This document shows positions 27,101-38,715 of a stretch of 64,000 bases of DNA, in pieces; the first letter of the stretch is position 1, and every line of letters starts with the position of its first letter. The notes under the pieces are model-generated. The model was not told where the DNA came from, did not search any database, and saw only the letters and a program-made list of their open reading frames with translations. A program made the position numbers and the translations under genes. This DNA is from Mustelus asterias (Eukaryota). The stretch lies in contig NC_135804.1 of NCBI RefSeq assembly GCF_964213995.1, positions 54,064,001 through 54,128,000 on the forward strand, read 5' to 3'.

Positions 27101-28865
27101 TGCTTGCTGGAGTAATTGTAAAGATATGACTTTCTGAATTCATGATGGGTCCTTCTCTGATCTTAACACTGACAACTCTAAGTCCCAGTTAATCAGTTTC
27201 TCAATCAAGCGTTTGTTTACTTCCAACTCCGTCTGAAACATTAACCTTTACAATTTGAAAAAGGAAATACAATACCATTGTGCTCACAGGCTTCAGTGGA
27301 AATCTATTGTGGGTTAAATGATTTGCATTATTGCAGGGAAGTGATCTCTGACCTAATTCCCTCAATATTGCCTTTCAGTTGTCTGTAGTTGGGTGTCAAA
27401 TCACTTCCTGCCTTTGCCACTTGCTCAACATGAGCCACTCTAGAAGAAATGGGTGAATGTATTGACATGATTCTTGGCAGTGGAAATGATATGAAGTCTA
27501 ATGTACACATTTGTTTTTAGAATTGCAGTGCTACATGTGCTTGAAGGAATAGTCACTGTATCAATGACTCTATATGAAAGCTCCAAGTATGAGAATGCTT
27601 ATGTGGAGTTGCCAGTTCTCTCTTGGACCGAGCGACTGTACATCAGTCTGAAAATTGAACCAGGAGAAAATAATTTTTTTGACTTGACAATAAATGATTG
27701 CTGGGCTACACCAACAAAAAATCCAGATGCCTTGCCCCAGTATTATTTAATTAAGAATGGGTAAGTAAAATGTACTTTACCTGGCATAGTGCCCTAACAT
27801 ATTAAGGTTGTTGCTGGTATGACCTTTATCCACACTTGAGACCCATTTTCCAAATGCTTGCATCTATTGGCATTGTAGATAGTGAATCACAATGAGGTAG
27901 TGAATAATTGCTCGCTAGATTTTCTATTTTGTCCTTGCTGACATATTAAATGCCTTCACATACCTGAGTTTTAATCTGCCCCAATACTGTAAACAACTTT
28001 TATTTCTCATTAGATGCCCTACTGATGAAACTGTGCAATATCACAATCAAATTGGAAATGAGACGATGGCCAACTTCAGTGTGCAGATGTTTCGATTTGT
28101 GAAGTATCCAGTAGTGTTCTTGCATTGCAGAACTGAGATTTGTTCACCTGACAGCTTGGAACCTTGTATGATTGTAAGTTGCACTTCCCAATATCTAACT
28201 TTGATCAAACTAATGTATAGTAGCAGCATTTAAATTTTCACCAATTACTTTTAATAGGACTGTCCTGGCCTAGCACTGAAGACCAAAAGGGATGTTAACA
28301 CTCAGTATGAAGGGTTATTGACTTATGGACCCATTCATTGGACTCGCACTAAAACACGTGTGCATGAAGTTGGTAAACCTAGTAAGTTTTTTAAATTTCA
28401 TGCAACTGGGACAACACAACAATTCCTGTTGCCACCCCTTAACTTTCCATTTAAGACAGTGATGCCCAAGGTTGATGCATCTAATAAGTGATTCTGCTCC
28501 CAGATGACTTTGCACAGTACCTATCAACTGAAGTTTGTCATTTGTAATTATCTGCAAGTACTGTGACCTCCATCTGATTTATATGGATGTCACATCTGTT
28601 GCATAGTTCAGCAAACACCATGTCCAACCTGAGCTTTATGCTAGGTAATCCAAGTTTGAGAATTCTTGGGCAATTAATTGGCCAGACAATTCAGCTTAAG
28701 TGAGCAATGCTCAATTTATCACAGCTTCTGTGACACTTTTTTCCTTCTGCAGACTTGATGCTTGCTACAGTTCCTGGTATTGTTGTGATATCGTCCATGG
28801 TGTTCCTTGTCCTTGCAATTACTTTGGCTAAAGTAATGAAGAGGGGACCAGCTAGAGTCATTTGA
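18195..28865 (+). CDS. EGF + ZP-domain transmembrane glycoprotein gene (ZPD/uromodulin/GP2-like), 9 coding exons, 387 aa
   Basis: join(18195-18197,18278-18338,19558-19659,21965-22170,24406-24560,27521-27760,28014-28173,28258-28381,28753-28865) = 1164 nt, open, all phases compatible; signal peptide, EGF, ZP-N, ZP-C, KTKR site, TM helix, stop TGA. Confidence 0.88.
18278..18338 (+). CDS. ZP gene exon 2, signal peptide
   Basis: ALFKVLTLLFCGAFVITHCS; ttttgcag acceptor, gtaagt donor, phase 0-1. Confidence 0.85.
18815..19148 (-). mobile_element. V-SINE variant with an alternative 3' tail
   Basis: V-core and head like HE1, but the tail (ctaggggattttcacagtaac...gcctacttgtgacact) differs; the same tail occurs near 51370-51440, 54615-54685 and 60210-60280. 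Confidence 0.7.
19558..19659 (+). CDS. ZP gene exon 3, EGF-like domain
   Basis: CDPNPCKNEGTCSIVNDVAQCKCVHGLTGETCE, six-Cys EGF spacing, phase 1-1. Confidence 0.93.
19958..21405 (-). mobile_element. CR1 LINE 3' half in ZP intron 3
   Basis: ORF 20398-21039 [10 protein letters not shown]...KFADD...LEYCAQFWSPY; tail aagaacataagaa. Confidence 0.92.
21965..22170 (+). CDS. ZP gene exon 4, ZP-N first half
   Basis: DIKMDVMCKQTYIKVSV...GAC...SSCGTVLV; polypyrimidine ctag acceptor, gtaaga donor, phase 1-0. Confidence 0.9.
22440..22768 (-). mobile_element. HE1/V-SINE-type SINE
   Basis: Near-identical to 4532-4881. Confidence 0.9.
23520..24100 (-). mobile_element. Decayed L2-like LINE 3' fragment
   Basis: Reverse complement resembles 14400-14880 and the 3' tail motif also seen near 34880-34960 and 37150-37220. 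Confidence 0.5.
24406..24560 (+). CDS. ZP gene exon 5, ZP-N second half (GC donor)
   Basis: SNATHIMYMNGLQTKQMTGIITRLPSEAIDFTCIYHRQRTVQLKFPIQPKT carries the ZP-N N.TH..Y.N, ITR and F.C.Y motifs; catag acceptor; donor ac|GCAAGT gives the required phase 2. Confidence 0.88.
24792..25135 (-). mobile_element. HE1/V-SINE-type SINE
   Basis: Near-identical to 4532-4881. Confidence 0.92.
25295..26020 (+). mobile_element. CR1 LINE 3' fragment, same subfamily as 19958-21405 in opposite orientation
   Basis: ATVQRDLGVLVHELQKLSLQVI...EQVGKWN, nearly the same as the intron-3 copy. Confidence 0.92.
27521..27760 (+). CDS. ZP gene exon 6, ZP-C start
   Basis: IAVLHVLEGIVTVSMTLYESSKYENAY...INDCWATPTKNP...YYLIKNG; CWATP is a ZP-C hallmark; phase 2-2. 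Confidence 0.95.
28014..28173 (+). CDS. ZP gene exon 7, ZP-C
   Basis: CPTDETV...FSVQMFRFVKYPVVFLHCRTEICSPDSLEPCMI; phase 2-0. Confidence 0.95.
28258..28381 (+). CDS. ZP gene exon 8, furin-type site and external hydrophobic patch
   Basis: DCPGLALKTKRDVNTQYEGLLTYGPIHW...; phase 0-1. Confidence 0.9.
28753..28865 (+). CDS. ZP gene exon 9, transmembrane helix and short basic tail
   Basis: LMLATVPGIVVISSMVFLVLAITLAKVMKRGPARVI*; ttccttctgcag acceptor. Confidence 0.9.
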
Positions 28866-28901
28866 AGCTCTTTCTGACAATTGATGTAAAGAACAAATTA
28901 A

Positions 28902-28907
28902 AATAAA
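28902..28907 (+). terminator. Polyadenylation signal of the ZP gene
   Basis: AATAAA (overlapping an ATTAAA) about 37 nt after the stop, followed by GT-rich ttgtgttg. Confidence 0.65.
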
Positions 28908-29419
28908 GTGAATATGCATAACTTGTGTTGAGACATTCATTTAATATCAATTCCAACTGTGGTCTGGCTTCAGTAGTTTGTATAAATTGAGTACCACTGA
29001 GCTATATTACAAGTCTAGTAAGATAACATCCAAGCTAACCAATTTTTGTGCTTTGAACACCTGCTCTAATCCTTTAGGTCAACTTGTAATTGAGAACTAG
29101 TTTTGATACATCCCATAGTATTCCTTCCAGCACCTGATTGCAGTTTTGCACTAATTTTATAGCCAGAGTTGCATGGAAATGTGCTGATTCTGCTAGTACT
29201 GTTTTTAACCATAATGCATTGCTCAAGAGGAAATGGGTTTCGGTAACATTCAATAGGGAATGGGGAAAGAGCTGCAAGTGGATTTCTTTAAAATGGGTTA
29301 TTGCTGTACTAACTACCCTGAACTTGTTTCACTCAATTGTGATTGGAGAATGCTGTAAACTGTCAGCTGTTTTGAGACAGCTGCTTAAATGATAAACATC
29401 TGCATTGTGATTATGTTAC

Positions 29420-30430
29420 TGAATTTGACAAGGGAGACTGGGGCATAAAAAGCCCATGGAATTTGAGGGAGTGTTAACATGGATTGAAAACTGGTTGGCA
29501 CATAATATAGATTTTTTTAAGTGGAAAGATGTAACTAGTGCAGTACTGCAGGGATTAGTTCTATCCAAGATGGGTGGAAGAGGTTGAGGATATTGATTCT
29601 ACAACACTACAGATTGGGTGAAAACATGGCAAGGAATTTAAGTGAGGTTGTGCACTTGGGTAGGAGGAATCAAAAGGGAAACTAAGACCACAGGTGAGTC
29701 CAGTACAAAGGGATGTAAGTGTTCTAGTGCATGAATCCCCAAAAAGCTAGCAGGCAGGTCAAAGTAGAAACGGTTTTGGAACTTTGAAAATAGGGAGGGC
29801 TTTGTTATACTGGGTTCTGCATTTTGGTCCCCTTAGTAACATTCTTGCAAAGTCTCCCTGCAAAGAGACTAATAGCCTGGATCTGCATTCCTTTGAGTGA
29901 GGGGTGACCTTATTCAAACACTGAAGCCCCCTCAGGCTCTTCTCTCGGTAGATAGTGAGATGGGTCTCTAACAAGACTAAAAGATAAAGGGCTGGTCTTA
30001 AAACTGAGGCCGCAAAGATTTTTTTTCAGGTGGGGGCGGGGGGGGGGGGGGGAGGAGGAGGAATCTCAATTTCCAACCCCAAAAGGTGGTGGCGGTTGGA
30101 TCATTTGGGGATTGATTGATATTTTGATAGCTGAGGGCTATGGGAAATAGTCATGATGTGGAGATGCCAGTGTTGGACTGGGGTAAACATAGTAAGGAGT
30201 CTAACACTAGGTTAAAGTCCAACAAGTTTATTTGGTAACAAATGCCACTAGCTTTCGGAGCACTGCTCCTTCGTCAGGTGAGTGGGAGTTCTCCCACTAG
30301 CCTGACAAAGGAGCAATGCTCAAAGCTAGTGGCATTTGCTACCAAATAAACTTGTTGGACTTTAACCTAGTGTTAGACTCATTACTATGGGTAATAGCAC
30401 AGGAAAGGCTGGCATAGATCAGCCATGATC
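29420..30430 (+). mobile_element. Highly decayed CR1 fragment containing a Penelope-derived hairpin insertion
   Basis: WIENWL-like text near 29480, CR1 3'-end-like agatcagccatgatc near 30420. Confidence 0.55.
30153..30388. mobile_element. Penelope-derived fold-back (inverted repeat) insertion
   Basis: Arm aggttaaagtccaacaagtttatttggta and its reverse complement about a centre near 30290; arm matches the end of the Penelope fragment at about 34985-35080. Confidence 0.75.
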
Positions 30431-31549
30431 ACTGAATGATGAGGCAGAAGAACCTGCATTTGTGGACTGTTACATAATAAGAACACTTGCAGACAGTGAA
30501 TTGCAGTGTAGCTTATACTAAAAATATTGAATTTCAAGCCTAAAAGTTGCATAAAGGGACAGAACTAGGTGAAGAATGTAGCTATATTGATATCCTGTAC
30601 CTTTTTTATAGGGCTGAACTGAGTTTGATTTATGCAGGACTGTTAGTAGTTGGGGCATTAGTGCCAGGCAGTAACCCAGATATTATACAAGTGGTACCTG
30701 CCCTCTTACCAATTGGCTCAGCTTCCTGCAAGATCATCCATAGGGTCCAGACCAATCATATGGCCCTCAGGAAATGCCTGTCACACTAAGTTTAATTGGT
30801 CTAAAGACTTCCAGGTTCTGGTAGTCAGTTAGGTGGGAGGCTCTTCTAAACTTAAAAGGCCTGATGAGAAAGGCAAACTCAATACTCCTAGGACCTAGTG
30901 GCTCTGCAGCAACCTCTGGCCCCCTGTCACTACTTTGATATATACATTTTTCCTGTTTCAGCCTAACCCGATTCCTTTAAACCATCTAAATTTGTTCTGT
31001 TTTCTTCAGTGATCAATGACTTGTATGTTGTCCAGATACATCCCTACACTAGGGATGTCTTGCTAGAGACTCTCCATCATACACTGGAAAATGGCACAGG
31101 TTGAGGAGACTCCAAAAGGCAGCCTTGTATACTGGTACAACCCTTGTGTGTATTGATTATCACCAGCTTTTGCGAGTCCTCATCCAACTCCAGCTGCCGA
31201 TAGGCATGCCTGAGGTTCAGCTTGGTATATTTCTAAACCTAGTTTTAAGATCTTCAATTCTTGGAAGAGGTATCTGTGCTCCACTATTGCTAGTTAATTT
31301 GTAATCCCTGCAAATTCTTGTACCCAATTTGGTTTTAAAATGGGGACTTCAGAGAACTGTATGGGCTTTATGAGCTTGATTTGCACCTTCTGATGAAGGG
31401 CATAAGGCACCAGATGGCCCTGAGGAAATTTGTGTTGCTTCCTGATCTAAATAGATTTTACCATATCCATCCTAATTAATCCTGTAAAACTTTGGAATAT
31501 TTATACAAGAGCTCCTAAAAAATCTCCACCCTCGGGTTTAATATTTCCA

Positions 31550-32047
31550 GTGGTACAGTGATTAGCACTGCTGCCTCGGTGCCTGGGATCTAGGTTCAAT
31601 TCTGGCCTCGGGTCACTATGGTTGGAGTTTGCATATCTCTTCTCCCCCTCCCTCCCTCCCCCCCCCCCCCTGCTGTGTCTGCATGGGTTCCCTCCATGTT
31701 GAACCTGGTTGATTGGCCAGGGTAAAAATTGCCCCTTAGAGTCCTGGGATGTGTAGGTTAGAGAGATTAGCGGGTAAATATGTGGGGGTAGGGCCTGGGT
31801 GGGATTGTGGTCGGTGCAGACTCGATGGGCCAAATGGCCGCCTCCTGCACTGTAGGGTTTCTATGATATTTCTACGATTTGTGTTCTGGTTTTCTCCTAC
31901 AGTCCAAAGCATAGCCAATCTAAGTTGTCCCTTAGGGGGATTAGCAAGGTAACTGTGGCATTACAGGGATACGGCCTGGGTGGGATTGTGGTTGGTGCAG
32001 GCTCGATGGGCCAAATGGTCTCTTTCTGCACTATAGGCATTCTGTGA
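31550..32047 (+). mobile_element. HE1/V-SINE-type SINE plus a second partial copy in tandem
   Basis: Head gtggtacagtgattagcac; tail gggcctgggtgggattgtgg occurs twice (about 31790 and 31972). Confidence 0.8.
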
Positions 32048-32369
32048 CCCTTGATTATCAAGACCAGCAGCTTCCCTGACTGGTTCTGATATGTTACTCT
32101 TGCTGCACCTAAAGCGTCTCTGCAGGATATGTGAACCTGAGGTACCTGACTCATTTAATCTAAATGGTTGGATTTCTTTTTGGAAATAACAAAATGCCTG
32201 TTCCTTAGGACTAAGGTCACTGCCCTGTATTGACTTCCATTTTAAGTGCTTTCCCATTTACTAGCAAGCTTATCTCTTAGGAGGCACTTTGCTGAGCTGG
32301 ACCTGATTTAAGGTGAGTGACTCAGGTCCTTGCTGGGCTCCACATCTAATTTCAGGGGAGTTAAGCTAG

Positions 32370-33260
32370 TAGTCACTATCTTTTCTTTTGTGCTGACTGT
32401 ACTGGTTGCTTCACTCTACCATGCTTTTAAGTGACCTTTACTACTACATTGAAGCGCACAATTCTTGCATCGACGAACTTCTTGGGAGTGTTCTTTCCCA
32501 TATCGAAAACACACTTTAGCTCTTGCTGTTGTACTACTTCAATCTGGCAATGTTGCTCCTGGGCTGTTCAGCACCAGAGTTATTTTGTGCTATAAATAAT
32601 TTACCTTTGGCACACCTTGCAACTCTCTTATCCTGCTCTGCACATTCAGTTGCCTGGCTTAGCTCTACCGCTTTTTATAAAGTGATTTTGGTCTCAACTA
32701 GTAACTACTTTTTATATGGTTAGATTTTTTTTTTGTACCACAGACCATTCTGTCCCTTAACATTTCTCCTATTGCTGGGCCAAATTCGCAGTTTTCTGCC
32801 AGTTACTTAAGTCTTGCCATGAACCCTGAGACTGTCTCCCCTGACTCTGCTTTCATTAAATTTGTATCTCGGCATAATGATTGAGGGATGGGGTTTAAAA
32901 TGATTTTGACCATCTCCACAACCTGGTCAAAGGGCTCTGTCTGGATAATGTTCTCACTAAACTCCAAGTCTATGGGTCAGGCTGTTATTTAATTTGTTAC
33001 AAAGAAGTAACTGTCCCCAGTTGTCTATTTGGAGTCGAGGCTCAATTTTTCCCATTCTAGGCATTGTACAAAGTAAATGTACCTTGTGTCTTCATATTCT
33101 CAACACTTACAGAATCTCTGACAACTTTGATATTTTGTCTCATCACCGTAATGGATCGTAATGGCTTAAATCAACAAAGGCTTTATTGCCAAACAAGAAT
33201 AAATATACAACAGGGTCAGACTAAATTACAATGTGACTGCTCTACATGACTCTCTGGCTC
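32370..33260 (-). mobile_element. Possible Gypsy gag/LTR remnant
   Basis: Weak: decayed Cys/His knuckle-like text near 32420-32500 and a PBS-like ctcatcacc near 33140. Confidence 0.3.
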
Positions 33261-33334
33261 TAACTTTGAGTCTCTCCTTAACCCATGATACGTGCCTTCT
33301 TGCTGCTTGGCTTCTCATGATGACAATCCATAGG

Positions 33335-34770
33335 GTCCAGAAGGATCACAGGACTCTCAGCTGGCGGGGATATTCACAGACATCTTCAACTTCTCTTTAC
33401 AACAATTTGAGGTCCCTATCTGTGTCAAGAAGACAACCATCATCCCCGTACCTAAGAAAAACCAAGCAGCGTGCCTTAATGACTATCGGCCGATGGCTCT
33501 GACATCCATCATTATGAAGTGCCTTGGAAGGTTAGTCATGGCACGAATCAATGCCAGCCTCCCGGACTGCCTGGATCTCCTAGTTTGCCTACTGCTGCAA
33601 CAGGTCCACATCAGATGCCATCTCCCTGGCCCTGCATTCAACCCTGGAACACCTAGATAACAAGGACACCTATATCAGACTCCTATTTATTGACTACAGC
33701 TCAGCCTTCAACACTATTATTCCCACGAAACACATCTCTAAACTCCAGGGCCTCGGCACCTCCCTCTGTGACAGGGTCCTGGACTTCCTAACTCACAGAC
33801 CACAATCAGTAAGAATAGGCAACAACTCCTCCACGATCATCTTCAACACTGGTGCCCCACAAGATTGTGTTCTCAGCTTCCTGCTATACTCCTCCTACAC
33901 GTGTGACAGTGTGGCCAAATTCCCCTCCAATTCGATTTTCAAGTTTGCTGACGACACCACTGTAGTGGGTCGGACCTCAATGACGAGACAGAGTACAGGA
34001 ATGAGGTAGAGAAACTGGTGCAGCAACAATAATCTCTCCCTCAATGTCAACAAAATGAAGGAGATCGTCATCGACTTTAGGAAGCATAAAGGAGAACATG
34101 TCCCTCTCTACAGCAATGGGTACGAGGTAGAAAGGGTCGAGCGCTTCAAGTTTTTAGCTGTCCAGATCACCAACAACCTGTCCTGGTCCCCCACATGCCA
34201 ACACTATAGTTAAGAAAACCCACCAATGCCTCTACTTTCTCAGAAGACTAAGGAAATTTGGCATGTCAGCTACGACTCTCACCAACTTTTACAGATGCAC
34301 CATAGAAAGCATTCTTTCTGGTTATATCACAGCTTGCTCTGTCCAAGACCGCAAGAAACTACAAAAGGTTGTTAATGTAGCCCAATCACACAAACCACCC
34401 TCCCATCCATTGACTCTGTTGACACTTGCAGATGTCTCGGCAAAGCAGCCAGCATAATTAAGGATCCCACGCACCCCAGACATTCTCTCTTGCACCTTCT
34501 TCCTTTGGGGAAAAAGGTACAAAAGTCTGAGGTCACGTACCAACCGACTCAAGAACAGCTTCTTCCCTGCTGCCATCAGACTTTTGAATGGACCTACCTT
34601 GCATTAAGTTGATCTTTCTCTATACCCTAGCTATGACTGTAACACTACATTCTGTACTGTCTCGTTTCCTTCTCTATGAATGGTATGTTCTGTCTGTATA
34701 GCGCACAAGAAACAATACTTTTCACTGTATGTAATACATGTGGCAATAATAAATCAAAGCCAAATCAAAA
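33335..34770 (+). mobile_element. Rex1/Babar-type LINE, 5'-truncated and frameshifted
   Basis: [22 protein letters not shown] (about 33470-33540), [61 protein letters not shown]; tail aataaatcaaa. Confidence 0.85.
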
Positions 34771-34982
34771 TGTGCCCTTAAAGTATTTAGCTTCTACAGT
34801 GCCTTTCCTTCATTGTCACTGGTTCAAGTTCCTGGAAGTCTCTAACAGCTCGCTCTGTGTGTACCTGCACCAGATTTGCAATTGTTCAAGAAAGTGGCTT
34901 ACGACCACCTTCTCCAGGGCAATTACAGTTGAGTAATAAACAGTGGCATTGGCGATTTAAGAAAACTGCTGCTTTATATGGA

Positions 34983-35692
34983 TGAGCACAGTAAGAAGTC
35001 TCACAACACCAGGTTAAAGTCCAACAGGTTTATTTGGTAGCAAATACCATAAGCTTTCGGAGCGCTGCCCCTTCGTCAGATGGAGTGAAAATCTGTTTTC
35101 CAACAGTGCACAGAGACACAACATCGAGTTACAGAATACTAATTAGAATGCAAATCTCTACAGCCAGCCAGGTCTTAAAGGTACAGATAATGTGGGTGGA
35201 GGGAACATTAAACACAGGTTAAAGAGATGTGTATTGTCTCCAGACAGAACAGCTGGTGAGATTCTGCAAGATCAGGAGGCAAGCTGTGGGGGTTACTGAT
35301 AATGTGACATAAATCCAACATCCCGGTTTAGGCCATCCTCATGTGTGCGGAACTTGGCTATCAGTTTCTGCTCAGTGACTCTGCGCTGTCGTGTGTCGTG
35401 AAGGCCGCCTTGGAGAACGCTTACCTGAAGATCCAAGGCTGAATGCCCGTGACTGCTGAAGTGCTCCCCCACAGGAAGAGAACAGTCTTGCCTGGTGATT
35501 GTCGAGCGGTGTTCATTCATCCGTTGTCGTAGCGTCTGCATGGTTTCCCCAATGTACCATGCCTCGGGACATCCTTTCCTGCAGCGTATCAGGTAGACAA
35601 CGTTGGCCGAGTTGCAAGAGTAGGTACCGTGTACCTGGTAGATGGTGTTCTCACGTGAGATGATGGCATCCGTGTCGATGATCCGGAACGTG
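34983..35692 (-). mobile_element. Penelope-like retroelement 3' fragment with GIY-YIG endonuclease
   Basis: Minus strand: CNSANVVYLIRC...YIGETMQTLRQRMNEHRSTI...VGEHFS..GH...EQKLIAKFRTHEDGLNRD; 3' UTR matches the hairpin elements and 59132-59453. Confidence 0.9.
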
Positions 35693-35711
35693 ACCTTATA
35701 TGGATGATGCA

Positions 35712-35755
35712 GTTTGACGTGTTGGAGGGGAGGGAATTTCCGGAGAATAAAAGTC
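35712..35755 (+). promoter_or_regulatory. Putative kinase promoter: NF-kB site, CRE-like motif, AT-rich box
   Basis: GGGAATTTCC 35732-35741 (canonical kB consensus), TGACGT 35715-35720, AATAAAA about 35746-35752, ATG at 35785. Confidence 0.6.
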
Positions 35756-35784
35756 TCAACCTCTGCTTGCTGGTGTCACTGAGC

Positions 35785-36014
35785 ATGGAGAAGGGGCTGG
35801 GAGAGGAGGGTTGTCTCGCAGCTGCAGCTCTGGCACTGGAAAAATTTCAGGACGGGTCCGGGGGCTGCCCGGCTTCTCGCTTCACTTCCATCGATGCCGA
35901 CTGCCTGCAGCAGCCGAAGCGCATCGGCTCTGGGGGTTTTGGCGACGTTTACAAAGCGCGGCACCGGAGCTGGAGCACTTGGGTAGCGATAAAGTCAATG
36001 AGAATGAACCGAAA
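35785..36014 (+). CDS. RIP-family kinase exon 1 (G-loop, VAIK)
   Basis: agcATGg Kozak; RIGSGGFGDVYKARHRSWSTWVAIK; donor aa|gtatgg, phase 2. An upstream in-frame ATG at 35704 cannot be excluded. Confidence 0.88.
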
Positions 36015-36744
36015 GTATGGAGCCTGCAGCTACCCAGTAGTCGCACTTTGTAACAAGGAAGTGGGCAGAGTATAACTGGAAATTAGCTTGTTGTAATTGC
36101 GGATTTACAGTAAATCCCAATAGAGTTGGTAAATTATTGTGAAATGATTGGTGAAGAGTTTGTTCTCTGTGACTAACTGAAATAACTTTTGAGGGTGTAA
36201 CTCAGGGAGCTGAACATTCACTGATCCTACATGAGTTCCGGAGACGATGTCTTAACTGGGCTGGGTGTGTAGGGGGTAGGGGAAATGTGAATGTCCTATT
36301 TTAATAGAGAGGACATCCGCCTTTCTCTCCAAGTCACTACAGGAGGGCTGCAAATGTCCCACTTGGGGGCTGCTGTGTTCGTTGTCGGAGTTAAACAGGA
36401 ATCACTCCCTGAATTTGTTTAAAACAAACGAAAAACTTTACAGCATTTTCATTTGTTGGCAAAGGGGTAGAATTTACTGCAGATGACGAACAAATGGCGC
36501 TGTTTATTAGACCTGCCTTGCCAATCCCCATCAGAGTTTGCACAGAAAATTGCTATATGCGGGAGATAAAATGTACCTTTTATAGCACACCTGGGATCTA
36601 AGTGAACAGGGCAGGCAGGAGAGGTGATGATGTCATGGTATTGTTACTGGATAGAGATCCAGAGACCCACCATAGCAAATGGTGAAATTTGAATTCAATA
36701 ATAAAGTCCAATGGTAATCATGAAACCACTGGTGATTGTGGATG

Positions 36745-37055
36745 GCATGGTGGCACAGTGGTTGGCACTGCTGCCTCACAGCGCCAAGGATCCGGGTTCG
36801 ATTCCAGCCTCGGGTGACTGTGTGGAGTTTGCACGTTCTCCCCATATGTGCATGGGTTTCCTCCGGGTGCTCTGGCTTCCTCCCACAGTCCAAAGATGTG
36901 CGGGTTAGGTTGATTGGCCATGCTAAATTGCCCCTTAGTGTCAGGGGGAGTAGCAGGGTAAATATGTGGGATTACGGGAATAGGGCCTAGGTGGGATTGA
37001 GGTTGGCAAAGACTGGGTTGACTGGCCTCCTTTTGCACCGTAGGGATTCTATGAT
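36745..37055 (+). mobile_element. HE1/V-SINE-type SINE
   Basis: Head, V-core and tail present. Confidence 0.9.
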
Positions 37056-38402
37056 TGTCCTAATTTGGTTCACCAATGTTTTTTAGGGAAGGAAATCTGT
37101 CTACAAGTGACTCCAGATCCACAACAGTGTAGTTGACTCTGAAATGGACGAGAAAAGGCAATTAGATAGTCAAGGATGGACAATGTTTGCCCAGCCAGCA
37201 ATGCCCACATTCCATGAATGATCTTTTTTAAAAAGTTGACTGCGTAGTCCAACCAGATTGAAGGATCATTATAGAACAGTGCAGGATGGCAACCAGCAAC
37301 ATATTAATTAGGATATTGAGTTCAATGTCAAGTCGAGTAGAGAAAACAAAATAAAGTGAAGGACAGCAAGTTTGAATCTCCTTCTGATACTCCCTTGAAT
37401 GAGGATATTTGCCTTAGAGCCTATGGCAAGAACCTACAGGTGGAGGAGTCCTTTTGCACTGCGGCTACCGCATGCTATCCAGGAGACTCTTGCCATCTGC
37501 CATAATGGAAACGATTGTAGGTTGATAACTAATCTGTTTGGTCACATCATGAACATATCGTCCAAGGCCATCAAACCCTGAAGTGGGACTTGAACCCATA
37601 ATCTTTGGCTTAGAGATGCTACCCACTACAAGACCTCCACAAGGTTGGATTAAGAGAGAGAGAGAAAGAGATAAACAAACCCCAGAGAAAGTAAACAAAG
37701 CAATTGAAAGCTGAAGGATTCAGACTTCACATTTGCAATAGTTAATTTTCAATGCCAGAGAGGTTGCTCAACAATAGTTAGGACATATCTTGTCATTAAA
37801 ATGGACAAAACCTAACTATCTGGGTCAATTTGGTCCATAGCTGCCATTCATTCGAGTACAGGAATATCACACTATTCAACATATGAGTCAACCACATTGC
37901 CGTGAGTTAATGTCCTTCTCTAAAGAGCATTACTGAACCATCTGGGCTTTTATGACAATGGTTTCATGGTTATTATTAGACTTTTAATTCCAGATTTTTA
38001 TTGAATTCCACTATCTGCCGTGGTGTGGTTTGAACCTGGGTCCCCAGAGCATCACCTTGGGCCTCTAGATTTCTAGTCCAGTGGGAATACCACTATGCCA
38101 GTCTGCCCCGGTGAAGTTAGCTCTGAAGTGCTTTGGGACATTCTGAGATTTTAAAAGTGCCATATGAACACAAATTGTTGCTGTTCCATCAATGTTTAAG
38201 TTGTGATGTTTTAATGTGATGATGTATTGCATTGTTTCTATACATAATCCTCACAGATCTGAACTCCAATACTGTTGTCTTGTGCTTAGCCCTTGGTGCA
38301 CTGTGGTAAAATGATAGGACTCTGGAATTTTGCCTGTTTAAGCTATGTTGGTGATGAAGTGCATCATTGTGACATCTCTTTGTGACCTGCATGCTATTAC
38401 AG

Positions 38403-38715
38403 TGATGCGCGTGAGTTATTGGAAGAAGCAGAGAAGATGCACAAGGCACAATTTGAGCACGTTCTTCGGCTATATGGATTCACTAAATGGTCCTTGGGGA
38501 ATGGAACTCCATCGCTTGGCTTGGTAACTGAATTCATGGAGAATGGATCATTGGATAAACTCCTTGAGCACTATGCCGTCCCTTGGCCTCTTCGCCTGCG
38601 TTTTGCATATGAGATCGCTTTAGGAGTGAACTACCTACATAACCTCAAGCCAGCCCTCTTTCACCATGACCTGAAACCTGCCAATATTCTCCTGAACAAG
38701 GACTATCGGGTTAAG
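38403..38715 (+). CDS. RIP-family kinase exon 2 (alphaC to catalytic loop)
   Basis: DARELLEEAEKM...LVTEFMENGSL...VPWPLRLRF...HHDLKPANILLNKDYRVK; phase 2-0. Confidence 0.95.

Noticed and set aside
35704-35784. Upstream in-frame ATG extending the kinase N-terminus
   Set aside because: Overlaps the kB and AT-rich promoter-like motifs, abuts the Penelope junction and has weaker Kozak context than 35785; disfavoured but not excluded
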